DNA from: Minisyncoccia bacterium
GTDB taxonomy: Bacteria > Patescibacteriota > Minisyncoccia > Phycocordibacterales > PALSA-1337
NCBI GenBank assembly: GCA_038211765.1
Contig: JBBQVG010000002.1
Coordinates: 1-39,635, forward strand
Reading direction: 5' to 3'
DNA length: 39,635 bases
Each line of letters opens with the position of its first letter. The stretch's first letter is position 1. The position numbers and the translations under genes were made by a program. A model generated the notes under the pieces. The model had not been told where the DNA came from and searched no databases. It was given only the letters and a program-made list of their open reading frames with translations. Shown here one piece after another: positions 1 through 7,661 of the stretch.

Positions 1-100
1 GGTGTCATTTCAGCTTTGGAAGGGGTGTCATTTTAGCTTTGGTATTACACGACATTTACTTTTACATGGAAGTGTGTTAATTTGCAGTAAAAGGGAAACT

Positions 101-274
101 ATGAATAATTCGAGTCGGAGTGGTGGCATTAAGCCTGGGAGTCAGAATCCCAAGGTTTTCGGGTGGGTACTTGTGGCGGCGCTTGCTATCCTTTTATTTT
201 GTCTGGCTTTGGTCTGGCGTGATCGCGACAGACAAGCAGATTCACTAAAACCGCCGATCACGCAAATTAAATAA
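101..274 (+). CDS. hypothetical small membrane protein (57 aa)
   Basis: ATG at 101 inside ORF 2..274. One hydrophobic helix (VFGWVLVAALAILLFCLALVW). Hairpin terminator follows. No family recognised. Confidence 0.35.
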   Translation: MNNSSRSGGIKPGSQNPKVFGWVLVAALAILLFCLALVWRDRDRQADSLKPPITQIK

Positions 275-289
275 ATTATCCAGACGGTG

Positions 290-325
290 CACTTTGAGGC
301 CAAAAACTTCAAAGTGTTTTTATTT
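290..325 (+). terminator. rho-independent terminator
   Basis: CACTTTGA (290..297) pairs with TCAAAGTG (309..316), followed by TTTTTATTT. Confidence 0.6.
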
Positions 326-342
326 AGTTAAATAGATAAAAA

Positions 343-351
343 TGCTATTAT
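343..351 (+). promoter_or_regulatory. extended -10 box TGcTATTAT, 6 nt upstream of ATG 358 (leaderless candidate)
   Basis: TGnTAnnnT pattern read directly. No SD between the box and the ATG. Confidence 0.45.
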
Positions 352-357
352 TGAACT

Positions 358-948
358 ATGGAAATAAAACTATTGTTAGGCGTCATCTCGTCCCTTCTTG
401 CAATTATCTGTTTCATTCCGTACCTCACCGATATCTTTAAAAAGAAAACCGAACCGCATGCATACTCTTGGCTCGTGTGGACAGTATTACAAACCGTAGG
501 AGTAATGGCTCAACTCAAAGAGGGTGCGGGGTATGGAGCTTGGGCACTAGGTGTAGGTGCATTTTTTTGTTTCGCGATTTTTATTCTTTCATTAAAATAC
601 GGGACAAAAAATATTACAAAGTTTGATGGAGTATGCTTGATAGCATCGTTACTAACGATTGGTTTATATTTTGCCATTGATAACCCGGTTTTTACGATTA
701 TAGCAGTGGCTCTTATAGATTTTGTGGGTTTTCTTCCAACATTTAGAAAAGGATTTCAAGAACCGTTTACTGAGACACCGAGCACTTTTATAATGAGTGC
801 GTTGGCCAATCTTATCAGCATTCTTGCTTTGCAAAACTATACTGTGACAACAGTGCTGTATATTGCTAGCTTACTCTTAACAAACTCTTCTTTTGCAATA
901 ATGATTTTGACGAGAAGAAAAGTTTTAGTCAACTTGAAAAAAGTATGA
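358..948 (+). CDS. multi-pass integral membrane protein (weak PQ-loop/MtN3-like resemblance)
   Basis: 196-aa ORF with about six hydrophobic segments. N-terminal IPYLTDIFKKKTEPHAYSW resembles a PQ-loop repeat but lacks the PQ dipeptide. 4-nt overlap with the next gene. Confidence 0.7.
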   Translation: MEIKLLLGVISSLLAIICFIPYLTDIFKKKTEPHAYSWLVWTVLQTVGVMAQLKEGAGYGAWALGVGAFFCFAIFILSLKYGTKNITKFDGVCLIASLLTIGLYFAIDNPVFTIIAVALIDFVGFLPTFRKGFQEPFTETPSTFIMSALANLISILALQNYTVTTVLYIASLLLTNSSFAIMILTRRKVLVNLKKV

Positions 949-1556
949 AACAACAAATCCTCCTCATTCACGGTGGCAATGCATTTGATACCTACGAAGA
1001 ATATTTGACGTATCTAAAAAATAAAGAACTAACACTATCAACCATTAGGTACGTAGACTGGAAAAAGGCTTTGGGAGACGTACTCGGCCCAGAATATGAA
1101 ATCATAGCGCCTCAAATGCCCAATAACCAGAACGCCAAATACCTGGAATGGGAAATTTGGTTTAATAAGGTAATCCCGCTTTTGAATGATTCAGTAATAC
1201 TTGTAGGTCATTCTATGGGAGGCATATTCCTTGCAAAATATTTATCTGAAAATACACTTTCTAGGAAAATCAGAGCAACTTTTTTGGTTGCCGCACCATA
1301 TAACACTGCCACAAAGGATTCCATAGCCGACTTCATTTTGTCAGAAGATTTATCTAAGCTTTCCGAACAGTCTGAAAAAATAATCCTATATCACAGCAAG
1401 GATGATCCAATTGTCCCATTTTCAAATGTACTTGAATATCAAAAGAATCTACCTACTGCGTCTATTAAGGTCTTTGACGACAAGGGGCACTTCAATCAGA
1501 CCGAATTTCCGGAGATTGTAGAGGATATTAGGGCACACACCAAGCTGGATTATTAG
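945..1556 (+). CDS. alpha/beta serine hydrolase, YdeN/RBBP9-like
   Basis: ILLIHGG start, nucleophile elbow VGHSMGG, C-terminal DDPIVP and GHF motifs. About 200 aa, as in the PF06821-type family. Confidence 0.8.
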   Translation: MKQQILLIHGGNAFDTYEEYLTYLKNKELTLSTIRYVDWKKALGDVLGPEYEIIAPQMPNNQNAKYLEWEIWFNKVIPLLNDSVILVGHSMGGIFLAKYLSENTLSRKIRATFLVAAPYNTATKDSIADFILSEDLSKLSEQSEKIILYHSKDDPIVPFSNVLEYQKNLPTASIKVFDDKGHFNQTEFPEIVEDIRAHTKLDY

Positions 1557-1586
1557 TCGATGAATTCAATGGTCTATAACGCGCAC

Positions 1587-1616
1587 TTGACTGGTAACCC
1601 CACCTTCTGCTAGTAT
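1587..1616 (+). promoter_or_regulatory. sigma70-like promoter for the infA-rpmJ-rpsM operon
   Basis: TTGACT (1587..1592), 18-nt spacer, TAGTAT (1611..1616). Confidence 0.45.
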
Positions 1617-1637
1617 CTCTTGACGTGCTCATACGCA

Positions 1638-1862
1638 ATGGAGACTGTACCCAAACCCAAAAATAACACAGGAAGCGGCATCGTTGTCGAAAGTCTGCCG
1701 AATACATTATTCAGGGTTAAGCTCGATGGAACAGAAGACGTCATACTCGCTTACCTTGCTGGTAAAATGAGGATGAATCGCATTCGAGTTCTTATCGGCG
1801 ACAAAGTAGAGCTCGAACTCGACCCGTACGGAGGACGTGCACGCATAACCCGCCGTTTTTAA
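1638..1862 (+). CDS. infA: translation initiation factor IF-1
   Basis: [61 protein letters not shown] is a typical IF-1 S1 fold. ATG 1638 preferred over the upstream TTG 1620. Confidence 0.9.
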   Translation: METVPKPKNNTGSGIVVESLPNTLFRVKLDGTEDVILAYLAGKMRMNRIRVLIGDKVELELDPYGGRARITRRF

Positions 1863-1867
1863 TTATT

Positions 1868-1984
1868 ATGAAAGTCAAAGCTTCAGCAAAAAAGATCTGT
1901 CCAAAATGTGCTGTCGTTCGCAGACGAGGGTATGTGTATATAGTTTGCAAGGCGAATCCAAGACACAAGCAGAGACAAGGGTAG
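1868..1984 (+). CDS. rpmJ: 50S ribosomal protein L36
   Basis: Hand-translated 38 aa [38 protein letters not shown], stop TAG 1982..1984. Not in the ORF track (too short). Canonical position between infA and rpsM. Confidence 0.9.
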   Translation: MKVKASAKKICPKCAVVRRRGYVYIVCKANPRHKQRQG

Positions 1985-2036
1985 AACAACAGAAGAAACA
2001 CATTAACCACATCAAATATTAAATTGAAGTAATAGA

Positions 2037-2417
2037 ATGCGCATACTTGGAATCACACTGCCAGAAAATAAGAGGATGGAGATTGCCCTCACAACCATCC
2101 ACGGTATTGGTCGTGCACGCGCACTCCTCATCCTCGACGGTGCCAAGGTCGGTGCAGGAGTAAAACCAAAGGATCTATCAGTCGATCAGGAAAATGCCAT
2201 CAGAAAGATTGTTGAGACGTTCAAGCTTGAAGGGGACCTCAAACGCGAAGTCGCCGGCAATATCAAGCGCCTCAAGGACATCAAGTCATATCGTGGATCA
2301 CGCCACGCTCGACATCTTCCGGCGCGTGGTCAGAGGACAAAGACCAATTCCCGTACAGTTCGCGGAAATGTCCGCAAGACTATGGGATCTGGTCGTCGTA
2401 AGGAAGAGAAGAAGTAG
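2037..2417 (+). CDS. rpsM: 30S ribosomal protein S13
   Basis: MRILGITLPENKRMEIALTTIHGIGRARA and SYRGSRHARHLPARGQRTKTNSRT are S13 hallmarks. Confidence 0.95.
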   Translation: MRILGITLPENKRMEIALTTIHGIGRARALLILDGAKVGAGVKPKDLSVDQENAIRKIVETFKLEGDLKREVAGNIKRLKDIKSYRGSRHARHLPARGQRTKTNSRTVRGNVRKTMGSGRRKEEKK

Positions 2418-2471
2418 GCCGCACCACGAATGGTGCCACACGAATAAAACAAACACAACTAAAACAAAAAC

Positions 2472-2903
2472 ATGGGAAAGAAACGTATAGTAACAACAGA
2501 GGGTGCAGAAAACGCTGACGGTAAGGCGAAGTCTCCAGCGGCGTCTTCTAAGAAGCGCGTTGAAGCAGGTATTTTGTTCGTGCAGTCGACCTACAACAAC
2601 ACAAAAGTCATGCTTGCAGACAAGCAGGGCAACGCTCTCATGTGGGGTTCGAGTGGCGGCGCAGGTTTTCGCGGAGCAAAGAAAGGGACGCCATTTGCAG
2701 CTGCAAAGGTCGGCGAGAGTCTGGCCCTCAAAGCACAGAACCTTGGACTCAAAGAAGTCGACGTTGTAGTAAAAGGAGTAGGCTCTGGTCGCGAATCAGC
2801 TATCCGAGGATTCATCAGTCGCGGAGTTCTCATCACCTCCATCAAGGATGTTACGCCAGTTCCATTCAATGGTCCTCAACCAAAGAAACCTCGACGTGTC
2901 TAA
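2472..2903 (+). CDS. rpsK: 30S ribosomal protein S11
   Basis: GILFVQSTYNNTKVMLADKQGNALMWGSSGGAGFRGAKKGTPFAA and KGVGSGRESAIRG. Confidence 0.95.
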   Translation: MGKKRIVTTEGAENADGKAKSPAASSKKRVEAGILFVQSTYNNTKVMLADKQGNALMWGSSGGAGFRGAKKGTPFAAAKVGESLALKAQNLGLKEVDVVVKGVGSGRESAIRGFISRGVLITSIKDVTPVPFNGPQPKKPRRV

Positions 2904-2932
2904 ACTATAATTCATCACATTAATCCACATTT

Positions 2933-3535
2933 ATGAAAATCGGACCACGATACAAAAAAGCACGATACTTGGGAGCCCCAGTCTTCCACAAGACGCAGAC
3001 ACAAAAGTATGCGATGCGTGCTCAGCGCAAAACCAAGACAGTTCGTCGTGGTCAAAAGTCCGAATACGGCCGACAGATGATGGAAAAGCAGAAGGCGCGC
3101 TTTAGCTACGGTATCTCTGGAACTCAATTCACAAAATACGTCAAGAAGGCTCTTGCCGCTCCTGGAGATAACGGCAAAAACCTTATGAAGATTCTCGAAG
3201 GCCGACTCGACAATGCCGTTCTTCGCATTGGCTTTGCTCCTTCACGTTCAGCTGCACGACAGATGGTTTCTCATGGACATATCAAGGTCAATAACATCAT
3301 TGTGACCATCCCTTCATACAATGTCCGCATAGGAGACATCATCAATATCCGCGACGGCAGCAAGAACAAAGGCATTTTTGCCAAGTTTGATGAGTCCATC
3401 AAGGCGGTGAAGGTTCCAGCTTGGTTATCCTTGCAGATAGACAAGCGCGAGGCAAAGGTAGAAGGGGAACCAACGGTCGATATGAGCGAGCTCCTGTTCG
3501 ATGTCAGACAGGTGCTGGAGTTCTATACGCGCTAG
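2933..3535 (+). CDS. rpsD: 30S ribosomal protein S4
   Basis: LEGRLDNAVLRIGFAPSRSAARQMVSHGHIKVNN S4 domain. Operon position is canonical. Confidence 0.95.
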   Translation: MKIGPRYKKARYLGAPVFHKTQTQKYAMRAQRKTKTVRRGQKSEYGRQMMEKQKARFSYGISGTQFTKYVKKALAAPGDNGKNLMKILEGRLDNAVLRIGFAPSRSAARQMVSHGHIKVNNIIVTIPSYNVRIGDIINIRDGSKNKGIFAKFDESIKAVKVPAWLSLQIDKREAKVEGEPTVDMSELLFDVRQVLEFYTR

Positions 3536-3592
3536 ACATCCTGACTTTTTGTTGTTACAATTATTATTCAATTTTTAATAAAAAGAAAAACC

Positions 3593-4564
3593 ATGATTTA
3601 CGACGTAATACTCCCCTCAAAGCCAAAGGTCATCAAAGAAGATGCCACCAGCGGTGTTTATGAGATCGACGGCCTCTATCCTGGATACGGCCATACTTTG
3701 GGCAATTCACTCCGCCGCATTATCCTTTCCTCTCTTCCCGGAGCGGCTGTCACTCGCGTCAAGATCAAAGGAGTTGAACACGAATTTTCTGCTATCGATG
3801 GTGTCAAAGAAGACGTCATCAACATTCTTTTGGCACTCAAGAAACTCCGCATTCGCGTCAACACCGACGAGCCTCAAACACTTACCCTCAAAGTAAAGGG
3901 TGCAAAAGAGGTCTCAGCAAAGGACATCGAGGCACCTGGTCAGGTCGAGATCCTCAACACAGATCTCCACATCGCCACTCTTACTGAGAAATCATCAGAG
4001 ATCGAGATCGAGATCACAGCAGAACGTGGTCTTGGCTATGTCCCAAAGGAGACTATTCAGAAGGATCGTGTCGATATCGGTTCTATAACTCTTGACGCCG
4101 CTTTTACCCCTATCCGCCGCTCCAACTACGAGGTAGAGAACATGCGAGTTGGTGATCGTACAGACTTCAACCGCCTTCGCATATCCATAGAAACAGATGG
4201 TACCATTACGCCTCACGAGGCTCTCGAGAAGTCTATTACCCTCATGATCAGCCAGCTCAAGGCCATCGTCGGTTTCAAAGAAGAAAAACCAGAAGTAGTA
4301 GCGGACGAGTCAGTAGAAGGTGAGTCTAGCGAAGATGGTTCTTTAAACAAGGAGATCGACACCGAGCTTTTGAAGACACGTATTGATTCTCTCGGATTCT
4401 CTTCACGAACAGCAAAGGCTCTGGTCAATGCCAATGTTCGCACCCTCGGTGGCCTCGCCCGCAAGAAAGAGTCAGACATTATGGACATCGATGGTCTTGG
4501 AGCAAAAGGTATCCAGGAGATCAAAAAGCTTCTCGCACAGCACGGTATAACAATGAAACAGTAA
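3593..4564 (+). CDS. rpoA: DNA-directed RNA polymerase alpha subunit
   Basis: [22 protein letters not shown]-type N-terminal domain and a C-terminal helix-hairpin-helix domain. 323 aa. Confidence 0.95.
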   Translation: [323 protein letters not shown]

Positions 4565-4601
4565 ACTTCACAAAATCACTTTTCACCTTTAGACTACCAC
4601 C

Positions 4602-4952
4602 ATGAGACACCATTCGAACGTAAAGAAATTTGGCCGCGAAAAGACACAGAGACACGCTCTGATGCGTTCTTTGGCTCGTAACCTTATCCGTGATAACCGT
4701 ATTCACACAACATTTGCAAAGGCCAAGGCTCTCCGTCCTATGGTAGAGAAGCTCGTCACCAAGGCCAAGACCGACACCGTTGCCACACGCCGCCTCATCA
4801 TTTCTCGTATCCACAGCCCAACAGAAACCAAAAAACTTATCGAGACTATTGCTCCAAAATACAAGACCCGTCCCGGAGGATACACACGTATTGTTCGCAT
4901 GCCAAACCGCGATCTCGATGGTGCACAGATGGCGCTCATAGAATTTGTATAA
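4602..4952 (+). CDS. rplQ: 50S ribosomal protein L17
   Basis: MRHHSNVKKFGREKTQRHALMRSLARNLI and GGYTRIVRMPNR. Confidence 0.95.
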   Translation: MRHHSNVKKFGREKTQRHALMRSLARNLIRDNRIHTTFAKAKALRPMVEKLVTKAKTDTVATRRLIISRIHSPTETKKLIETIAPKYKTRPGGYTRIVRMPNRDLDGAQMALIEFV

Positions 4953-4998
4953 GACAACAAGAATTCACGAGTCGACACAAATACCACAAATAACACAT

Positions 4999-5352
4999 AT
5001 GAAAAAAATACTGTACACAATTGATGCGCGAGACAAAAAGCTAGGCCGTATCGCCAGCGAAGCTGCTGCGTGCCTCATGGGTAAAAAGAGCGTTTCATTT
5101 GCAAAGAACATCGCTCTCCCAGTCGAAGTTCGCATTGTCAATGCCAAACTCACCAACATCACCGCACACAAGAAAAATGCAGTAGAGTATGTTACGTACA
5201 CGGGTCACCGCGGAGGTCTCAACACAGAGAAACTTGGTGATCTCATGGTTCGCCGCGGCATGAAGGAAGTCTACACTCGAGCAGTCTACACCATGCTCCC
5301 AAAGAACAAGCTGCGCGCAGAACGCATGAAAAATTTAATAATCACAGATTAA
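4999..5352 (+). CDS. rplM: 50S ribosomal protein L13
   Basis: IDARDKKLGRIASEAAACLMGK and YTGHRGGL. ATG 4999 chosen, because the 18-aa upstream extension overlaps rplQ and is not L13-like. Confidence 0.9.
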   Translation: MKKILYTIDARDKKLGRIASEAAACLMGKKSVSFAKNIALPVEVRIVNAKLTNITAHKKNAVEYVTYTGHRGGLNTEKLGDLMVRRGMKEVYTRAVYTMLPKNKLRAERMKNLIITD

Positions 5353-5392
5353 TCCGAATCCACCAATGGCATACGAATGCCACGACTAGAAC

Positions 5393-5803
5393 ATGACCTC
5401 AGCAAAAACAACAACCAAATACTTTGAAGCAGTCGGTCGCCGTAAGACTGCCATCGCTCGTGTCCGTCTTTTCCCTGGAGCTAAGTCAGGTTACGAAGTG
5501 AACGGCAAATCTCTAGAAACATATTTTCCAGTCAAGGAGATGCAGATCATGGCGACAGAAGCTATCACCAACGGCAAGGCTGCAGAGAAGTTCCACATCA
5601 CAGCAAAAGTTAGTGGTGGGGGAGTTGCTTCCCAGGCCGATGCCATGCGCCTTGGTATTGCTCGTGCCCTCCTCGTTTACGATGTGACTCTCCGCGGCAA
5701 CCTCAAGAAGCGCGGTTATCTCAAGCGTGACCCTCGTGCAAAGGAACGCCGCAAGTTCGGTCTCAAAAAGGCCCGCAAGTCTCCTCAGTGGTCAAAGCGT
5801 TAA
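5393..5803 (+). CDS. rpsI: 30S ribosomal protein S9
   Basis: GRRKTAIARVRL, VSGGGVASQADAMRLGIARAL and the C-terminal KARKSPQWSKR. Confidence 0.95.
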   Translation: MTSAKTTTKYFEAVGRRKTAIARVRLFPGAKSGYEVNGKSLETYFPVKEMQIMATEAITNGKAAEKFHITAKVSGGGVASQADAMRLGIARALLVYDVTLRGNLKKRGYLKRDPRAKERRKFGLKKARKSPQWSKR

Positions 5804-5848
5804 TTTATTTGTCGGTGTCAGTACGAAGATTAGGGGTTTAACAACCCA

Positions 5849-5888
5849 AAACCCGCTTAGCGACGAAAGTTGCGGCGGGTTTTCTTCT
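5849..5888 (+). terminator. rho-independent terminator after rpsI
   Basis: AAACCCGC (5849..5856) pairs with GCGGGTTT (5875..5882), then a T-rich tail. Confidence 0.7.
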
Positions 5889-5924
5889 GGTCAAATTTAT
5901 TTGTAAATTTTAAAATCTAGGTCA

Positions 5925-5933
5925 TGATATACT
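5925..5933 (+). promoter_or_regulatory. extended -10 box TGaTATACT, 10 nt upstream of ATG 5944
   Basis: Read directly. No SD in the gap. Confidence 0.4.
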
Positions 5934-5943
5934 TTTATTCATT

Positions 5944-6366
5944 ATGAAAACTGTACACAGCGCTGGCGGAATAGTACTCAATGATAATAATGAGGTGGCC
6001 ATTGTGAGTCAGGGGATAGTGGGTGATGTCTCCTGGTCTTTTCCCAAGGGACATGTCGAAGAAAATGAGGATTACCTGATGACAGCAAAACGAGAGATCG
6101 AGGAGGAAACGGGGATTACAGAGTTACTCTACATCAAAAACCTACCAGAATATGGTCGCCATCCTATAGGCCAAGATGGGGTTGAAGATAGCTCTAGTTT
6201 TAAAATAATACATCTTTTTCTTTTCAAGACACCTCAAAATGAACTCGGTCCTAAAGATCCAGAAAATCCTGAGGCGAGATGGGTGCCACAATCGGAGGTT
6301 ACAACATTATTGAGTCACCCCAAAGACAAGGACTTCTTTCAAAAGATTAGGGGTGATTTAGTCTGA
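5944..6366 (+). CDS. NUDIX hydrolase
   Basis: Nudix box GHVEENEDYLMTAKREIEEETGI (Gx5Ex7REUxEExGU). Confidence 0.85.
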   Translation: MKTVHSAGGIVLNDNNEVAIVSQGIVGDVSWSFPKGHVEENEDYLMTAKREIEEETGITELLYIKNLPEYGRHPIGQDGVEDSSSFKIIHLFLFKTPQNELGPKDPENPEARWVPQSEVTTLLSHPKDKDFFQKIRGDLV

Positions 6367-6398
6367 TTGGGTAGGGGGGGCAGTATTGCGAACGACGG

Positions 6399-6430
6399 CA
6401 CTTTAGTTAACTAAAGTGGTTGTATTTTGT
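6399..6430 (+). terminator. rho-independent terminator after the NUDIX gene
   Basis: Perfect 20-nt palindrome CACTTTAGTTAACTAAAGTG (6399..6418) followed by GTTGTATTTTGT. Confidence 0.6.
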
Positions 6431-6523
6431 CTGGAGATGAACTATCCGCATAGGAGTTGCGTTTATATGCATTCTATGTCATAATATTATGGGTCAGCAA
6501 AACAACAACAAGAAAGGCAACAA

Positions 6524-7045
6524 ATGACAAAGCAGCATGGCGGCGCAATCGTCGACTTGGGCAATGTCATCATTGCCCATTGGCTGAGTAACATCACGCC
6601 AGAAAACTTCCTTACGATCGATTACAACTCGATACCAGAAGTTCCCGGAGTTTTTGATAGCTTGAAATGGCTCAACGATAGATTCGGCGGTAACGTCACT
6701 GTGGTCTACAAAGCCACTGACGTCGCAACCGAAAAAATCCTTGCCTGGCTCACGCACCATCAGTTTACGGAGCGTACGGGCATTCCATTGGATAGAGTTT
6801 GTCGCACCAAGGGTGGTCGGGACAAAACAATTCACATGGAGCAATCGAGTGCGACACATTACGGCACAACCGTGGTCGTCGACGATCGATTGGAGGTCTT
6901 GGGCTATTTCGTAGGAAAGGTACTTCACTTGTTCCTGTTTCATCCTCAACAACAAGAGGTCGAGCAGTTCGACAGCACAGGAACCCTTTCACACGTCCAT
7001 GTCGTAGAGTCGTGGCAAGAGATCGAAAACACCCTCAACACGTAG
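6524..7045 (+). CDS. hypothetical protein, paralog A of a tandem pair (weak HAD-like motif pattern)
   Basis: 173 aa. Colinear similarity to the next ORF (VDLGNVII / VDIGNVII, LKWLNDRFGG / LKTLNDHFHG, DDRLEVLG in both). Confidence 0.6.
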   Translation: MTKQHGGAIVDLGNVIIAHWLSNITPENFLTIDYNSIPEVPGVFDSLKWLNDRFGGNVTVVYKATDVATEKILAWLTHHQFTERTGIPLDRVCRTKGGRDKTIHMEQSSATHYGTTVVVDDRLEVLGYFVGKVLHLFLFHPQQQEVEQFDSTGTLSHVHVVESWQEIENTLNT

Positions 7046-7094
7046 CCCGAGCAATTCAATTTGTCGGGCTACTCTTTGTTTACACAGTTAGTCG

Positions 7095-7103
7095 TGATAC
7101 TAT
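7095..7103 (+). promoter_or_regulatory. extended -10 box TGaTACTAT, 6 nt upstream of ATG 7110 (leaderless candidate)
   Basis: Read directly. Confidence 0.45.
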
Positions 7104-7109
7104 TTTTAT

Positions 7110-7613
7110 ATGAGTAAAGATACTAAAAAAGTCCTTGGCGTCGATATCGGCAATGTTATTATCAATAACCGTCTGAATGATCCAGAGATGAATGAGGTTA
7201 CTGAGGCGGTCTATGCGGCATTCCCACCTTCGGAAGGTGCATTTGATGCACTGAAAACCCTTAATGACCATTTTCATGGCCAAGTTTATTTGTTATCCAA
7301 GTGTACAGAATGGGCACAGGAACAAATTTTGTTATGGCTGAAGGCGCATAATTTTTATGCAAAAACAGGTATCAAAGAGTCTAACGTCTACTTTGTTCGA
7401 AAACGACCTGAAAAGGACGGTGTCGCTCGTAAGTTGGGCATTACTCATTTTATTGACGACCGTCTCGAAGTACTCGGACACTTGCTATAATCGACTCCTA
7501 ACCTGATATTATTTCAACCCGACCCAGAGGAAGTAAAGGAATTTTATAAATTTTTACCTAGAGTCACTAGCACAAGTAACTGGCAGGAGGTATTGATACA
7601 CATAATGAAGTAA
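7110..7613 (+). pseudogene. paralog B of the tandem pair, interrupted by in-frame TAA at 7488..7490
   Basis: The ORF track stops at 7490. The same frame stays open for 40 more codons to TAA 7611..7613. That stretch (NLILFQPDPEEVKEF...SNWQEVL) aligns without gaps to the paralog A C-terminus (HLFLFHPQQQEVEQF...ESWQEIE). Confidence 0.55.
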
Positions 7614-7661
7614 ACAAGCTCTGTGGAAATCTCCTCCTGGTCTCTGTGCTATCATTACCCT

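Noticed and set aside
1-42. Possible CRISPR array at the left edge.
   Set aside because: Only two copies are visible, the period is 23 nt with a 4-nt spacer, and no cas genes are present. This is not CRISPR-like.
2421-2436. Small hairpin GCACCA-cgaa-TGGTGC between rpsM and rpsK.
   Set aside because: The stem is only 6 bp with no U-tract, and it lies inside a tightly coupled ribosomal operon. This is too little evidence for an attenuator or processing site.
6494-6955. 153-aa minus-strand ORF overlapping paralog A.
   Set aside because: The plus-strand frame is supported by colinear similarity to the neighbouring paralog at 7110. The antisense ORF has no such support.
7488-7490. Genome-wide reassignment of TAA as a sense codon.
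   Set aside because: infA, rpsK, rplQ, rplM, rpsI and others end with TAA at their expected conserved C-termini, so TAA is a normal stop here. The event is local to paralog B.
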